Source: an uncultured Pelagibacteraceae bacterium | GTDB lineage: Bacteria; Pseudomonadota; Alphaproteobacteria; Pelagibacterales; Pelagibacteraceae | Direction: 5' to 3' | DNA length: 64,000 nt | Assembly (NCBI GenBank): GCA_902579285.1 | Contig: CACHGA010000002.1 | Span: 7,906 to 71,905 of the forward strand | Shown: one piece after another, positions 1 through 9,466 of the stretch | How positions within the stretch are numbered: the first letter of the stretch is position 1 | Layout: each line of letters opens with the position of its first letter | Position numbers and translations under genes: made by a program | The notes under the pieces: model-generated | What the model saw: only the letters and a program-made list of their open reading frames with translations | Database searches by the model: none | What the model was told of the DNA's origin: nothing

Positions 1-60
1 GGTGTCTACAAAGACTGAGATCATACTCTTTGAACCTGACCGGTAATTCAGTGAGGGAAT
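1..60 (+). promoter_or_regulatory. TPP (THI-box) riboswitch aptamer, 5' part cut off by the window edge
   Basis: The conserved core is readable directly. It comprises the P3 hairpin GUCU-ACAA-AGAC (4-15), CUGAGA (15-20), ACCUGA (34-39), the helix CUGA/UCAG (36-39/48-51) and GGGAA (55-59). These match the E. coli thiM aptamer pattern CUGAGA...ACCUGAUCUGGAUAAUGCCAGCGUAGGGAA. The P1 5' strand must lie upstream of the window. The SD-like GAGGG (53-57) and the ATG at 61 abut the aptamer. Confidence 0.75.
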
Positions 61-930
61 ATGAAAATAAAATTAGCGCTTGAGTGGTTTATAAATCCTG
101 ATCATCTACCATTTATTGTGGGTCTGGATAAAGGTTTATATAAAAAAAATAATATTGATCTAGAAATTATTGAGCCTGAAGGACATTATGATGGTTTTAA
201 AGAACTTGCACAAAACAATATTCAATTAGCAACTAATGAGCCTCTACACTTAATTGAAAAATATCAAAATAATATTTGCTCAATTGGAAACTTTTTTGAA
301 ACTAATGGGGGTATTATATTTACCATTAAAGGCTATGAAAATTTAGTTAATGGAAAAGAGATTAAAATTACTTCACCGGTTAGTAATCCTATTACAGACA
401 AAATAGCTAATGATATTATTCAAAGACATTTGAAAAAAATTAATAAAACCAATAAGAACATAAAAATTGTAGCTAATGATTTTTATCATATTAAACATCT
501 TAAGGCTGGATTTGATGCTGCATGGTTGTGTTTTGAAAACTTTGAGGGTGTAGAGTCAAAATTAGAAGGTTTGGAGGTAAAAAAATTGTATTTAGAAGAT
601 GTCGAAATACCTAATTTTTGTGCACTAGACGTATTTGCCTCAAAATCTTTTGCTAATGGTAATAAAAATTTGGTAAATGACTTTAAATCTATGGCACAGG
701 AAAGTATCAAAATTTTAAGTTCAGACTTGGATTATTCTAAATCTTCTTATTATTCTTATACTAAAACAAAGCCTAGTCCATTAATGGATAATATTATTAA
801 AGACACAATTCATAGATTTAAAAATCCTTTTGATAAATCAAAAAATAAGTGGAAAAATTTGCATAATTACGTAGTCACACAAAAAATTTCAAATATATCT
901 GATGATCAATACTCAGATATGTTTATTTAA
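61..930 (+). CDS. NMT1/THI5/ThiY-family protein (periplasmic-binding-protein fold) without a signal peptide; thiamin-pyrimidine related, exact function unclear
   Basis: 289-aa ORF immediately downstream of the TPP riboswitch. The N-terminus KLALEWFINPDHLPFIVGLDKGLYKKNNIDLEIIEP resembles the THI5/NMT1 family N-terminus. No hydrophobic leader or lipobox is present. Confidence 0.6.
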   Translation: MKIKLALEWFINPDHLPFIVGLDKGLYKKNNIDLEIIEPEGHYDGFKELAQNNIQLATNEPLHLIEKYQNNICSIGNFFETNGGIIFTIKGYENLVNGKEIKITSPVSNPITDKIANDIIQRHLKKINKTNKNIKIVANDFYHIKHLKAGFDAAWLCFENFEGVESKLEGLEVKKLYLEDVEIPNFCALDVFASKSFANGNKNLVNDFKSMAQESIKILSSDLDYSKSSYYSYTKTKPSPLMDNIIKDTIHRFKNPFDKSKNKWKNLHNYVVTQKISNISDDQYSDMFI

Positions 931-2071
931 TTGGAGACTTACCAATTAAATGAAGATTTACAACTGATGCTGCTATATCAGTCGATTTATCAGTCCTAAA
1001 TTTACTTATTACACTTTGAGTTTTTGTAATTTGATTTTCTAAATGTTGTTTATTATTTAAAAGGTGATTAACTGTATTAAAAATATTGTTTGCAGTGCAA
1101 TTTGATTGCAATAATTCAGGAATAATTTCTTCATTAGCTGCGATATTAATTAAATTCGCAAATTTTACTTTAACGAGCATTTTAATAATAAGAAAATTAA
1201 TAAAACCCATCTTATATATAATTATTGAAGGAATTTTTGCTTTACAAATCTCTAAAGAAATTGTGCCAGATTTTGCTACTGCAAACATAGAGGAATCTAA
1301 AATATGAGATTTAATTTTTTCATCTCCTATTGCCCCGCAATTTTTTAAACCCTCTTTTAATAACAAATTTTGGATTAACTGGACATGTTCAGCAGTTGAA
1401 TGAAATACAAAAAATAACTCTTTATATTTTTTGTTCATTTTTTTTACAAAATCAATTAATATAGGCATTAAAACATTAATCTCGGACAATCTACTTCCTG
1501 GAAAAATAGAAAAGATTTTCTTATTTTCTTTTATAATTTGACTTATATCAATTTTATTTTTTTCTCCTTTTTCAAGCAAAGGATGGCCTGTAACAGTTGA
1601 TGGAATTTCTTCTTTATCAAAATATTGTTTTTCAAAGGGAAATAATAATAAAATATGATCCAAAAAAGATTTTAGCTGCTTTACTCTATATTCTCTCCAA
1701 ACCCAAACTTGTGGTGCTACAAAATGAATTGTTTTTATACTTGGATCACTTTTTTTAACTTCTTTTGCTACACGTAATGTAAAATCCGGACTATCAACTG
1801 AAAAAAGAATATCTGGTTTAAATTTAATAATTTCTTTTACAGTTTCATTTATTTTACTCTTTATTTTAAAAATATTTAACAAAACCCTTGTAAATCCAAG
1901 AAATGTAATCTCTTTTAAATCATAAATTGACTTAATACCTAAGGCATTTAAATGTTCACCACCGACTGATAAATATTCTATATCGGATCTTGTACTTTTA
2001 AGTTTAGTAATGATTTTTGAGGCTAATTTATCTCCAGACGGTTCACCGGTTAGTATAAATATTTTTTTCAT
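923..2071 (-). CDS. lpxB: lipid-A-disaccharide synthase
   Basis: Contains the KKIFILTGEPSGD N-terminal motif and sits at the end of the lpx cluster. The ATG at 2071 (ATGA overlap with the msrA stop) is preferred over the ORF-track start at 2107. Confidence 0.9.
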   Translation of the reverse strand: MKKIFILTGEPSGDKLASKIITKLKSTRSDIEYLSVGGEHLNALGIKSIYDLKEITFLGFTRVLLNIFKIKSKINETVKEIIKFKPDILFSVDSPDFTLRVAKEVKKSDPSIKTIHFVAPQVWVWREYRVKQLKSFLDHILLLFPFEKQYFDKEEIPSTVTGHPLLEKGEKNKIDISQIIKENKKIFSIFPGSRLSEINVLMPILIDFVKKMNKKYKELFFVFHSTAEHVQLIQNLLLKEGLKNCGAIGDEKIKSHILDSSMFAVAKSGTISLEICKAKIPSIIIYKMGFINFLIIKMLVKVKFANLINIAANEEIIPELLQSNCTANNIFNTVNHLLNNKQHLENQITKTQSVISKFRTDKSTDIAASVVNLHLIGKSPIK

Positions 2072-2640
2072 CCCCAGATTTTGTTTAATGTTTCTTCCCT
2101 TTGGCAACCTTTTTTGTACATCAAGTATCTTATAAAATTTTTCTCATAATAATCTTGATGGTAAGTCTCAGCTTTATAAAATTCCTTAAATTTTTTTACA
2201 TAAGTAACAACTCTTTTGTTAAACTTATTTTCAATATTTTTAATTGAAGCATCTACAATTTTTTTTTGATCACTGTTCTCAAAAAAAACTACAGACTTAT
2301 AGCTTTCACCTTTGTCACAAAATTGGCCATCTGCATCAAACGGGTCAATATTGACCCAATAAATTTCTAAAAGCTTTTCAAAATTTGTAATTGATGAATT
2401 GTAAGTGATTTCTAAAGTTTCATAGTGGCCAGTGGTGTTTTTAACAACATCTTTGTATTTAGGGTTTTTAACATGTCCACCAGAATATCCAGAAATAGTT
2501 TCTATCACACCATTAACCTTATCAAATGACTCTTCCATGCACCAAAAGCAACCCCCAGCAAAATAAACTTTCGATATATTTTCTGCATTTAAATTTGCTG
2601 GTAATAATAAAAAATAAACAATTAACAAAGTTTTTTTCAT
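2068..2640 (-). CDS. msrA: peptide methionine (S)-S-oxide reductase MsrA, predicted exported
   Basis: Contains the GGCFWCME active-site motif. The ATG at 2640 gives a signal-peptide-like MKKTLLIVYFLLLPANLNA. The ORF-track start at 2655 is a TTG. Confidence 0.9.
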   Translation of the reverse strand: MKKTLLIVYFLLLPANLNAENISKVYFAGGCFWCMEESFDKVNGVIETISGYSGGHVKNPKYKDVVKNTTGHYETLEITYNSSITNFEKLLEIYWVNIDPFDADGQFCDKGESYKSVVFFENSDQKKIVDASIKNIENKFNKRVVTYVKKFKEFYKAETYHQDYYEKNFIRYLMYKKGCQREETLNKIWG

Positions 2641-3698
2641 TTGTACATTTTCCAAAGTTCTCCATAATCTGATAACATATACAATTCACCTGTATCTTTA
2701 TGTATTTTGATATCCCTTATTCTTCCAATATTACCTTTAAAAATTATTTGTTCACTTAAAAATTTATTATCTTTAAATTTTATTTTTCTTAATGACTGAT
2801 CTTTTAGTGAGGTAATTAAAGCATCCCCGTTCCATTCTTTAAACTCATCACCTTGATATATAGCCATCGCACTTACTGCTATCGAAGGAACCCAATACTT
2901 AATTGCTTTTGTAAAACCCGGTTTCCATTTCGGCCCTATTTTAGTTCCGGTATAATTTGTTCCACCCCAACCTAAAATTTTCCAACCATAATTTTCAGCA
3001 AAATTAGCTGTACCAAACCAATCACCACCTTTAGCACCATGATTTGTCATATAAATTTTATTATCAAAAGGAGATAATGACATTCCCTGGGGATTTCTTA
3101 CCCCAATTTGGAAAATTTCAGGTAACCAATTTTTTTTATTTTTAAACTTAGGATTGTCTTTGGGAATAGATCCATCAAGGTTAATTCTGATTATACTACC
3201 AGGGTGTTTTGTGAAATCTTGAGCAATCATTCCCTGGCCTCTTTCACCGGCAGAAATATATAAATGGTCATCTTTTTTAACTATTCTTGAACCAAAGTGA
3301 TATCCAGAATCAATTGGTGGTTCAGCTCTAAAAATATTATTGAATTTTATAGAGTTCTTATCGAATTTACCTTTTGCAACAGAAGTACTTGTTTTCCGAC
3401 CCTCTCTTTGTTCAGAATAGGATACATAAACATTTTCATTATCATACAAAACATCGAGAAGACCTCCTTGGCCATCCTCAAGAACAGATAAATTGTGTTT
3501 AATTTCAGATAATGTTTGATTTTTTAAATCTAAATGAAACAGCTTACCTTTTTTTTCAGTATAAATAAGACTGGAATTATTTATAAATGATAAACTCCAA
3601 GGCTTGTTCATACCTTCTACGATCTTTTCCAATTTAACTTCTAACCCAAACAAATTTGAAAACCAAAGAAAATATATAATTAATATTATTTTTTTCAT
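2637..3698 (-). CDS. PQQ-dependent soluble sugar (glucose/sorbosone) dehydrogenase family protein, exported
   Basis: 353 aa with a signal-like N-terminus MKKIILIIYFLWFSNLFG. YliI/Asd-like beta-propeller motifs are present (YHFGSRIV, SAGERGQG, GVRNPQG). Confidence 0.75.
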   Translation of the reverse strand: MKKIILIIYFLWFSNLFGLEVKLEKIVEGMNKPWSLSFINNSSLIYTEKKGKLFHLDLKNQTLSEIKHNLSVLEDGQGGLLDVLYDNENVYVSYSEQREGRKTSTSVAKGKFDKNSIKFNNIFRAEPPIDSGYHFGSRIVKKDDHLYISAGERGQGMIAQDFTKHPGSIIRINLDGSIPKDNPKFKNKKNWLPEIFQIGVRNPQGMSLSPFDNKIYMTNHGAKGGDWFGTANFAENYGWKILGWGGTNYTGTKIGPKWKPGFTKAIKYWVPSIAVSAMAIYQGDEFKEWNGDALITSLKDQSLRKIKFKDNKFLSEQIIFKGNIGRIRDIKIHKDTGELYMLSDYGELWKMYK

Positions 3699-4489
3699 TT
3701 TGCTATAAGAAACATTTTATTTTTATTTGCAAAATTAATACATTTTTTTTTCTCAAGTAAAATGTTACTTTTACTTTTAAGAACTATTCCTTTTAAACCA
3801 GCTGCTTTGCATTGAACAAAAGTTTTTAATCCAACGGTTGGTAGATCGATTCTTAAGTCTTGTTTCTTTTTTGGGAATTTGACAAGTACACCTTTGTTTT
3901 TAAATATTTTACCTTTGCATTTGTTTAGCATTTTTTGGGTACCACCTTTACCTTCAATAGCTATCACTTTGTCATTTCTAACTACAGTACCTTGACTATA
4001 ATTGTATTGATTTAATCTATTGAGTGTTTTGATGGCTTTATCAATATCTTTATTATCATCTTTGGTTGGCTTGATTTTAGTGTAGTTTCCTTTGTGTAAA
4101 GAAAGTTCAGGATTAAATATTATTGAACTGATAGTTTTAATTTTTTCTTTATTCAATATTTTAATTATTTCTTTTAATATTGACGCATCTCCGTGTTTAG
4201 AACTTTTTATTATTCTAGGCATATAATAAATACCTTTTAGATCTAATCTTAACTTTGAAAAATTCGGTTTTTTGACGCTACCAGCAAAAAGAACTTTCTT
4301 ACAATAATTTTTTCTTAGGATATCAATAATCTTGCCAAATTGTCCTATTGATACTGGAAATGAATTTTTTTCTTTTTTAAAAAATTTTTTTTGGGTTAAA
4401 TCAATAATTAAATATTTTATTTTCTTTTTTTTAACTTTTTTTAAGATTTCTTTTGGAAATGATTTATCCCCAAATATTAAACCAATCAT
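3695..4489 (-). CDS. lpxI: UDP-2,3-diacylglucosamine hydrolase, LpxI (DUF1009) type
   Basis: 264 aa, directly downstream of lpxA as in alphaproteobacteria. It shows DUF1009-like N-terminal (IGLIFG) and C-terminal (DLPTVGLKT) regions. Confidence 0.75.
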   Translation of the reverse strand: MIGLIFGDKSFPKEILKKVKKKKIKYLIIDLTQKKFFKKEKNSFPVSIGQFGKIIDILRKNYCKKVLFAGSVKKPNFSKLRLDLKGIYYMPRIIKSSKHGDASILKEIIKILNKEKIKTISSIIFNPELSLHKGNYTKIKPTKDDNKDIDKAIKTLNRLNQYNYSQGTVVRNDKVIAIEGKGGTQKMLNKCKGKIFKNKGVLVKFPKKKQDLRIDLPTVGLKTFVQCKAAGLKGIVLKSKSNILLEKKKCINFANKNKMFLIAK

Positions 4490-5271
4490 TATTCAGATAA
4501 TGGTGAACAAATAGGTCTTTTTTTATCCTTTTCAATAAATTTAGTGACCTCTTGTACTAATTCATTTTCTTTAAATTCACCATTAATTTTGCTGAGATTA
4601 TCATGAAGATTATTTGAAGAAAATATTTTTTTATATGCTTTGTCTAGTTCAATTATTTTTTTGTTGTCATATTTTTTTCTTCTTAATCCAATTAAGTTTA
4701 TACCTTTCAAATAATTTCTATTACCAAAAGAAAGCCCAAAAGGAATAACATCTTTTAAAACTCCGGTCATCCCCCCAATCATAGCTAGTCTTCCAATTCT
4801 AGTAAATTGTTGTACTGCCGAGTTTCCACCTATAACAACTGAGTCCTCAATTGTTACGTGCCCCCCTAAAGGAACATTGTTAGCAATAACAACGTTGTTT
4901 CCTATTTTACAGTCATGGGCTATATGCGAGGAGATCATAAATAAACAATTGTTTCCTATGACTGTTTTACTACCTCCACCTGCTGTGCCAGGGTTAATAG
5001 TTACATACTCTCTTATTGTATTATATTCTCCAATATCTAAACTATTTTGTTCACCTTTGTATTTTAGATCTTGAGGAGATGTTCCAATGCTAGAAAAAGG
5101 ATAAAGTTTTGTAAACTTTCCTATTATTGTATTACCTTCAACATGAACATTCGACATTAGTTCAACACCCTCTTTTAAATGAACATTCGACCCAACAAAA
5201 CAAAAAGGCCCAATCTTAACGTTCTTTTCAACTATCGCTTTTGGATCTATTACGCTTGATTTGTGTATCAT
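4489..5271 (-). CDS. lpxA: acyl-ACP--UDP-N-acetylglucosamine O-acyltransferase
   Basis: 260 aa with hexapeptide-repeat left-handed beta-helix sequence. It occupies the fabZ-lpxA position. Confidence 0.92.
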   Translation of the reverse strand: MIHKSSVIDPKAIVEKNVKIGPFCFVGSNVHLKEGVELMSNVHVEGNTIIGKFTKLYPFSSIGTSPQDLKYKGEQNSLDIGEYNTIREYVTINPGTAGGGSKTVIGNNCLFMISSHIAHDCKIGNNVVIANNVPLGGHVTIEDSVVIGGNSAVQQFTRIGRLAMIGGMTGVLKDVIPFGLSFGNRNYLKGINLIGLRRKKYDNKKIIELDKAYKKIFSSNNLHDNLSKINGEFKENELVQEVTKFIEKDKKRPICSPLSE

Positions 5272-5720
5272 TTATTTCTATCAACAATTGTAGCCGACCA
5301 TTCTGCATCAGCCATTTTTTTATCATTAACTTTAGCAATCCCTTTATATTTCCATACTCTTCCGTGTGATCTCACTGCCTCAATTTCAAGATGTAATTCG
5401 CAATCAGGCATAACAGGATTTCTAAAACGAGCTTTTTCAACACTCATTAGGTAAACTAATTTATCCTTATATTCTTTTGGATCTATTCCATGGGCTGTGA
5501 GTGCGGCTGCTGCTTGCCCAAAAGCTTCAACAATTAAAACTCCCGGCATTACAGGTTGGCCAGGAAAATGCCCATCAAAAAAGAATTTTCCTTTTTTAAC
5601 AATAACTATTGCGGTAGCTGATTTCAGTGGAACTATATTAATTAATCTATCGATTAAAAGCATTGGCTCTCTGTGAGGTAATAATTTTTCGATTTGTTCT
5701 TTGTTGATACTATTTGTCAT
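5268..5720 (-). CDS. fabZ: 3-hydroxyacyl-ACP dehydratase
   Basis: Contains the [16 protein letters not shown] hot-dog motif; 150 aa. Confidence 0.95.
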   Translation of the reverse strand: MTNSINKEQIEKLLPHREPMLLIDRLINIVPLKSATAIVIVKKGKFFFDGHFPGQPVMPGVLIVEAFGQAAAALTAHGIDPKEYKDKLVYLMSVEKARFRNPVMPDCELHLEIEAVRSHGRVWKYKGIAKVNDKKMADAEWSATIVDRNK

Positions 5721-6687
5721 TTTTTTTTAGAAATTCCCTTAATGGTACAGCGGGATAACCCATAACTGTTGTTCCATCTGGTATATTTTTTACAACACCG
5801 CTACCTCCACCAATTCTTACATTGTTACCAATTTTTAAATGACCAGAAACACCAGCCTGACCTCCTATCGAAACATTGTTACCAATCGATGAACTTCCAG
5901 CAAAACCAACTTGTCCTGCGATCATACAATTTTCTCCAATTTTAACATTATGTGCCATATGTACTTGATTGTCTAAAAAAGTATTGGTTCCAATTATTGT
6001 ATCACCAATAGATCCTCTATCTATTGTACAATTAGCGCCTATTTCAACATTATCATTTATAATTACTCTTCCAATATGAGGAAACCTAAAATTTTTACCT
6101 TTAGAGGGAATAAAACCAAATCCTTTAACACCAATCTTTGAACCGTCTTGAACCACAACTTCTTTTCCAATTAAAACATTTCTTAAAGTTACATTTGCAC
6201 CAATTATACAGTTTTTACCAATTTGAACATCATGTTCAATAATTGTATTACTGCCTATTATTGAGTTAGACCCTATTTTTACATTTTTTCCAACAAAAAT
6301 ATTCTTACCAAATGTAACGGAGTCGAAATTGGATGAAAGTTTATTTGTTTCAATAAGAGTTTGGTCTGGGTAGTCTATATCAGCATCAGGATAAAATTTT
6401 TTAGATACTTCTGCGATTGATAGTAATACATTTTTAACAACTATAGTTAAGCATGTTTTAGGTAAATATTGTTTCAATTTTGAGGTTGTAATACATGCTG
6501 AAGCTTTGGTTTTTTTGGCTAAATCAATATAATCATTTGAATTCAGAAAAGTAATACTGCTCTTATCAGCCTTGTCTAAAGTCTTAACATCGGTGATTTT
6601 AGATTGATTTTTTTGAACAGAAAGCTCTTTAAATAAGTCATTTATATAAAATGGACCTTTAGGTACAAAAAAAGAGGTATCTGACAT
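5710..6687 (-). CDS. lpxD: UDP-3-O-acylglucosamine N-acyltransferase
   Basis: 325 aa with C-terminal hexapeptide repeats. It sits in the skp-lpxD-fabZ order. Confidence 0.92.
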   Translation of the reverse strand: MSDTSFFVPKGPFYINDLFKELSVQKNQSKITDVKTLDKADKSSITFLNSNDYIDLAKKTKASACITTSKLKQYLPKTCLTIVVKNVLLSIAEVSKKFYPDADIDYPDQTLIETNKLSSNFDSVTFGKNIFVGKNVKIGSNSIIGSNTIIEHDVQIGKNCIIGANVTLRNVLIGKEVVVQDGSKIGVKGFGFIPSKGKNFRFPHIGRVIINDNVEIGANCTIDRGSIGDTIIGTNTFLDNQVHMAHNVKIGENCMIAGQVGFAGSSSIGNNVSIGGQAGVSGHLKIGNNVRIGGGSGVVKNIPDGTTVMGYPAVPLREFLKKNDK

Positions 6688-6693
6688 TTAGAC

Positions 6694-7215
6694 TTATTCT
6701 AATTTAATGGATTTTATTTCTTTATCTAATATTTTCAAAATTATTTCTGTTAGATCAAATTTAGAATTAGCTAGAAGTACATATTTTTTATCTACGATCA
6801 TTTCTATATTATTTTCGTTCATATATTTTGTCAAAATTGGATTTAAATTTTGTATTAGTTTTGATCTAGCTTCATTTTTCTTTTTAAGCCAATCGTTTGA
6901 TGCGCTTCTACGCTTTTTTTGATAATCAATATTTTTTTTTCTTAAAAGATTAAGACTTTTTTTATATTCATCATTAGAGACAAGTTTCTTTTTTGATATT
7001 AAATCTGACTCTTCTTTTTTTAATGAAATAGACTCCTTTTTTAATTTTTCATTTTCTTCATCATATTTCTTTTTTAAGTAGTCTTGAGCTTTTTTTCCAG
7101 CTTTGCTTTTATTTAAAATTTGTTTTATATCTACGAAATATAAATCAGCAGCAATACTTTTATTAAAAAATAAAGAGATAAATATTATAATAAATAAAAT
7201 TTTTATGTTTTTCAT
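6694..7215 (-). CDS. skp: periplasmic chaperone Skp/OmpH
   Basis: The signal peptide MKNIKILFIIIFISLFFNKSIA is followed by Lys/Glu-rich helical sequence. The ATG at 7215 lies one nt after the bamA stop. The ORF-track start at 7296 would overlap bamA by 80 nt. Confidence 0.85.
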   Translation of the reverse strand: MKNIKILFIIIFISLFFNKSIAADLYFVDIKQILNKSKAGKKAQDYLKKKYDEENEKLKKESISLKKEESDLISKKKLVSNDEYKKSLNLLRKKNIDYQKKRRSASNDWLKKKNEARSKLIQNLNPILTKYMNENNIEMIVDKKYVLLANSKFDLTEIILKILDKEIKSIKLE

Positions 7216-7216
7216 A

Positions 7217-9466
7217 TTAAAACGAGGTACCAATTTGGAATTTAAACTGTTGAGTGGTGTCACTATCAGCAGAGGATAAATCTTGTGCGAAAACAAAATT
7301 TAAAGGGCCTATAGGTGTATATACGTTTGTTGCAATTCCTATTGCTGATCTAATTATGCTTGATTGACCCACTGTAGAGTCATAATCTGCATGCCATAAA
7401 TTACCTATATCTAAAAATGCTGCTACATCTGTCTGTGTTGCTTCTGGCAATAAATTAGGTAATGCAGCTTCGAAATTCATCGCCATCGCATAGTTACCTC
7501 CAACATAGTCGCCTGAATCGACCGGACCAACCTTTCTACTTTCAAAACCTCTTAATCTTCTTGAAGGAATATGAATTCGTTTGCTTAATCTAACGTCATC
7601 TTCTATGGCAACAATTGCAGCTGCATAAAATTTAAATGCACCTAAAATATTTTCGTTAAAACTGTGATACTTACTTAAATTAAATCTATTAAACACTGAT
7701 GTGTTATCCTCAACATAGACAGGAAGTTTTTGAGAGAAACCAAAAATCGAACCACTAGTTGGCATGAATCTTCTATCTCTTGTATCTTTTTCTATTCCAT
7801 AACCAAATGATAATTCATTAAATGATCCAGCTTGTTTTTTTAAACGATCAGACGCTGTTGAGTTTACTGTCATATCATCGAAAGATAATTCAAGGTTTGG
7901 TGACAGATAAATATCGTCATATTGTTCAAATCTTGTACCAATATTAAATTGAGTTAATGTATTTTCATAGCCTGAATTTGGTCTGTCCGTTTTTAAACTT
8001 GAAAGTCCATAGGTAAGAAGATTGCCTGAGAAATTGTAGTTTGGATTAGTAACTGATAAACCGCCTCTTAGTGAACTTTGGGAAGCATCTATTGATGCAT
8101 CAACAACTTGTCCCTTTCCTAGATAATTATTTTCTTTCAATGAAAAAGATAAAGTAGTTCCATCTGTTCCTGTTCCTGCGGCTGCAGCTATTTCACCTGT
8201 GGGCATTTCTTCTACAACAACTTCCATTACTTTAAAATTTTTTGATGAACCATCTGATAGTTTATAATTTACCTTTTTAAAAATATTTTTTGATTTTAAA
8301 TTATTAATTGATTTATCGAGTTTAATTTTACTGAAGGGGTCACCCTCATCTAATATCAATTCAGATCTAATGACAGAATCATTTGTGATTGTATTGCCTT
8401 TTATGTTTATTCTTTCCACGACAATCTTTCTCCCCTCAAAAATTTTGAATTCAAGATCTATAAAGTTACCATCTACTGTCTCTGAAACTGAATGTGTTAC
8501 AAATTGAAGTTCATTATCATCGATTAGGTCATCAATACTCTCAAGAATTTTTGTTATTTTAAAGGGTGAATAATAACTACCGGCAAACTTTTTAAAATCT
8601 TCTTCTAAAATTTTAAAAATCTTTTTATCAAAAACTGGGTCTATGTCAGTAGATATTTTTTTTATTCTATATCTTTTGCCAGCATTAATATTGAAAGTAA
8701 GTTCAATGCCTTTGTTTTCATCTATAAAAACATTGCTAGACAAAATTTCAACATCATAGTATCCCTTAGAAAGATAGTAATTCTTAAGAAGTCTTTTATC
8801 CAATTCTATTCTCTGATCATTAAGGTAAATATTTCTAGATATAATTTTCCAAAATTTTGCTTCTTCTGTTGCAATAACGTCTCTTAATCTTTTGGTTTTT
8901 ACTTTTTTTTCTCCAATGAAAAATATTTTGGTAATTTTTTCTCTTTTGCCTTTGTCTATGATAAATATTAAATCAACTAAATTATTCCCACCCTTAACCT
9001 CTTTAGTTCTAGCTTCAACATTTGATGAATAATAACCTTGTTGACTGTAGAAACCTTTTATTATTTCAACATCATTTTTAACATCACTTTTTAAATATGA
9101 AGATTTTTCCTTAAGTACCATGAAATTTCTAAGTGCTTTTGCAAACTTTTTAGTAGGTTCACCCTGCAAAGTTATGGAATTAATTATTGGATTTTCTATT
9201 ACATTAATTTTAAGAATACCGCCTGAAAGATTTATAGAAATATTTGAAAAAAATTTGGTGTCGTACAAGTTTTTGATAATGGTATCAATATCATTTTGAG
9301 TATAATCCTGGTTTTTTTTTATTTCACCATAAACAATAAGTGTCTCGTCAGAAATTCTCTCATTTCCAGAAATAATAATCTTATTTATTTTTTCAGCTTG
9401 CAAAGATTGAGTCGCAGAAATAGATATGATCAAACATAAAAAAAAAATATTAAATAAATTTCTCAT
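7217..9466 (-). CDS. bamA: outer membrane protein assembly factor BamA
   Basis: 749 aa with a signal peptide, POTRA repeats and a C-terminal barrel ending FQIGTSF. Confidence 0.95.
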   Translation of the reverse strand: MRNLFNIFFLCLIISISATQSLQAEKINKIIISGNERISDETLIVYGEIKKNQDYTQNDIDTIIKNLYDTKFFSNISINLSGGILKINVIENPIINSITLQGEPTKKFAKALRNFMVLKEKSSYLKSDVKNDVEIIKGFYSQQGYYSSNVEARTKEVKGGNNLVDLIFIIDKGKREKITKIFFIGEKKVKTKRLRDVIATEEAKFWKIISRNIYLNDQRIELDKRLLKNYYLSKGYYDVEILSSNVFIDENKGIELTFNINAGKRYRIKKISTDIDPVFDKKIFKILEEDFKKFAGSYYSPFKITKILESIDDLIDDNELQFVTHSVSETVDGNFIDLEFKIFEGRKIVVERINIKGNTITNDSVIRSELILDEGDPFSKIKLDKSINNLKSKNIFKKVNYKLSDGSSKNFKVMEVVVEEMPTGEIAAAAGTGTDGTTLSFSLKENNYLGKGQVVDASIDASQSSLRGGLSVTNPNYNFSGNLLTYGLSSLKTDRPNSGYENTLTQFNIGTRFEQYDDIYLSPNLELSFDDMTVNSTASDRLKKQAGSFNELSFGYGIEKDTRDRRFMPTSGSIFGFSQKLPVYVEDNTSVFNRFNLSKYHSFNENILGAFKFYAAAIVAIEDDVRLSKRIHIPSRRLRGFESRKVGPVDSGDYVGGNYAMAMNFEAALPNLLPEATQTDVAAFLDIGNLWHADYDSTVGQSSIIRSAIGIATNVYTPIGPLNFVFAQDLSSADSDTTQQFKFQIGTSF

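Noticed and set aside
7216-7296. ORF-track N-terminal extensions of skp, lpxB (to 2107), msrA (to 2655), rpsB (to 14214), fusA (to 54149) and topA (from 29983).
   Set aside because: In each case an internal ATG gives the canonical N-terminus or a signal peptide and a stop/start overlap or near-abutment with the upstream gene. Two of the longer starts I checked are non-ATG (msrA TTG, rpsB GTG), and the longer starts overlap neighbouring genes or leader helices.
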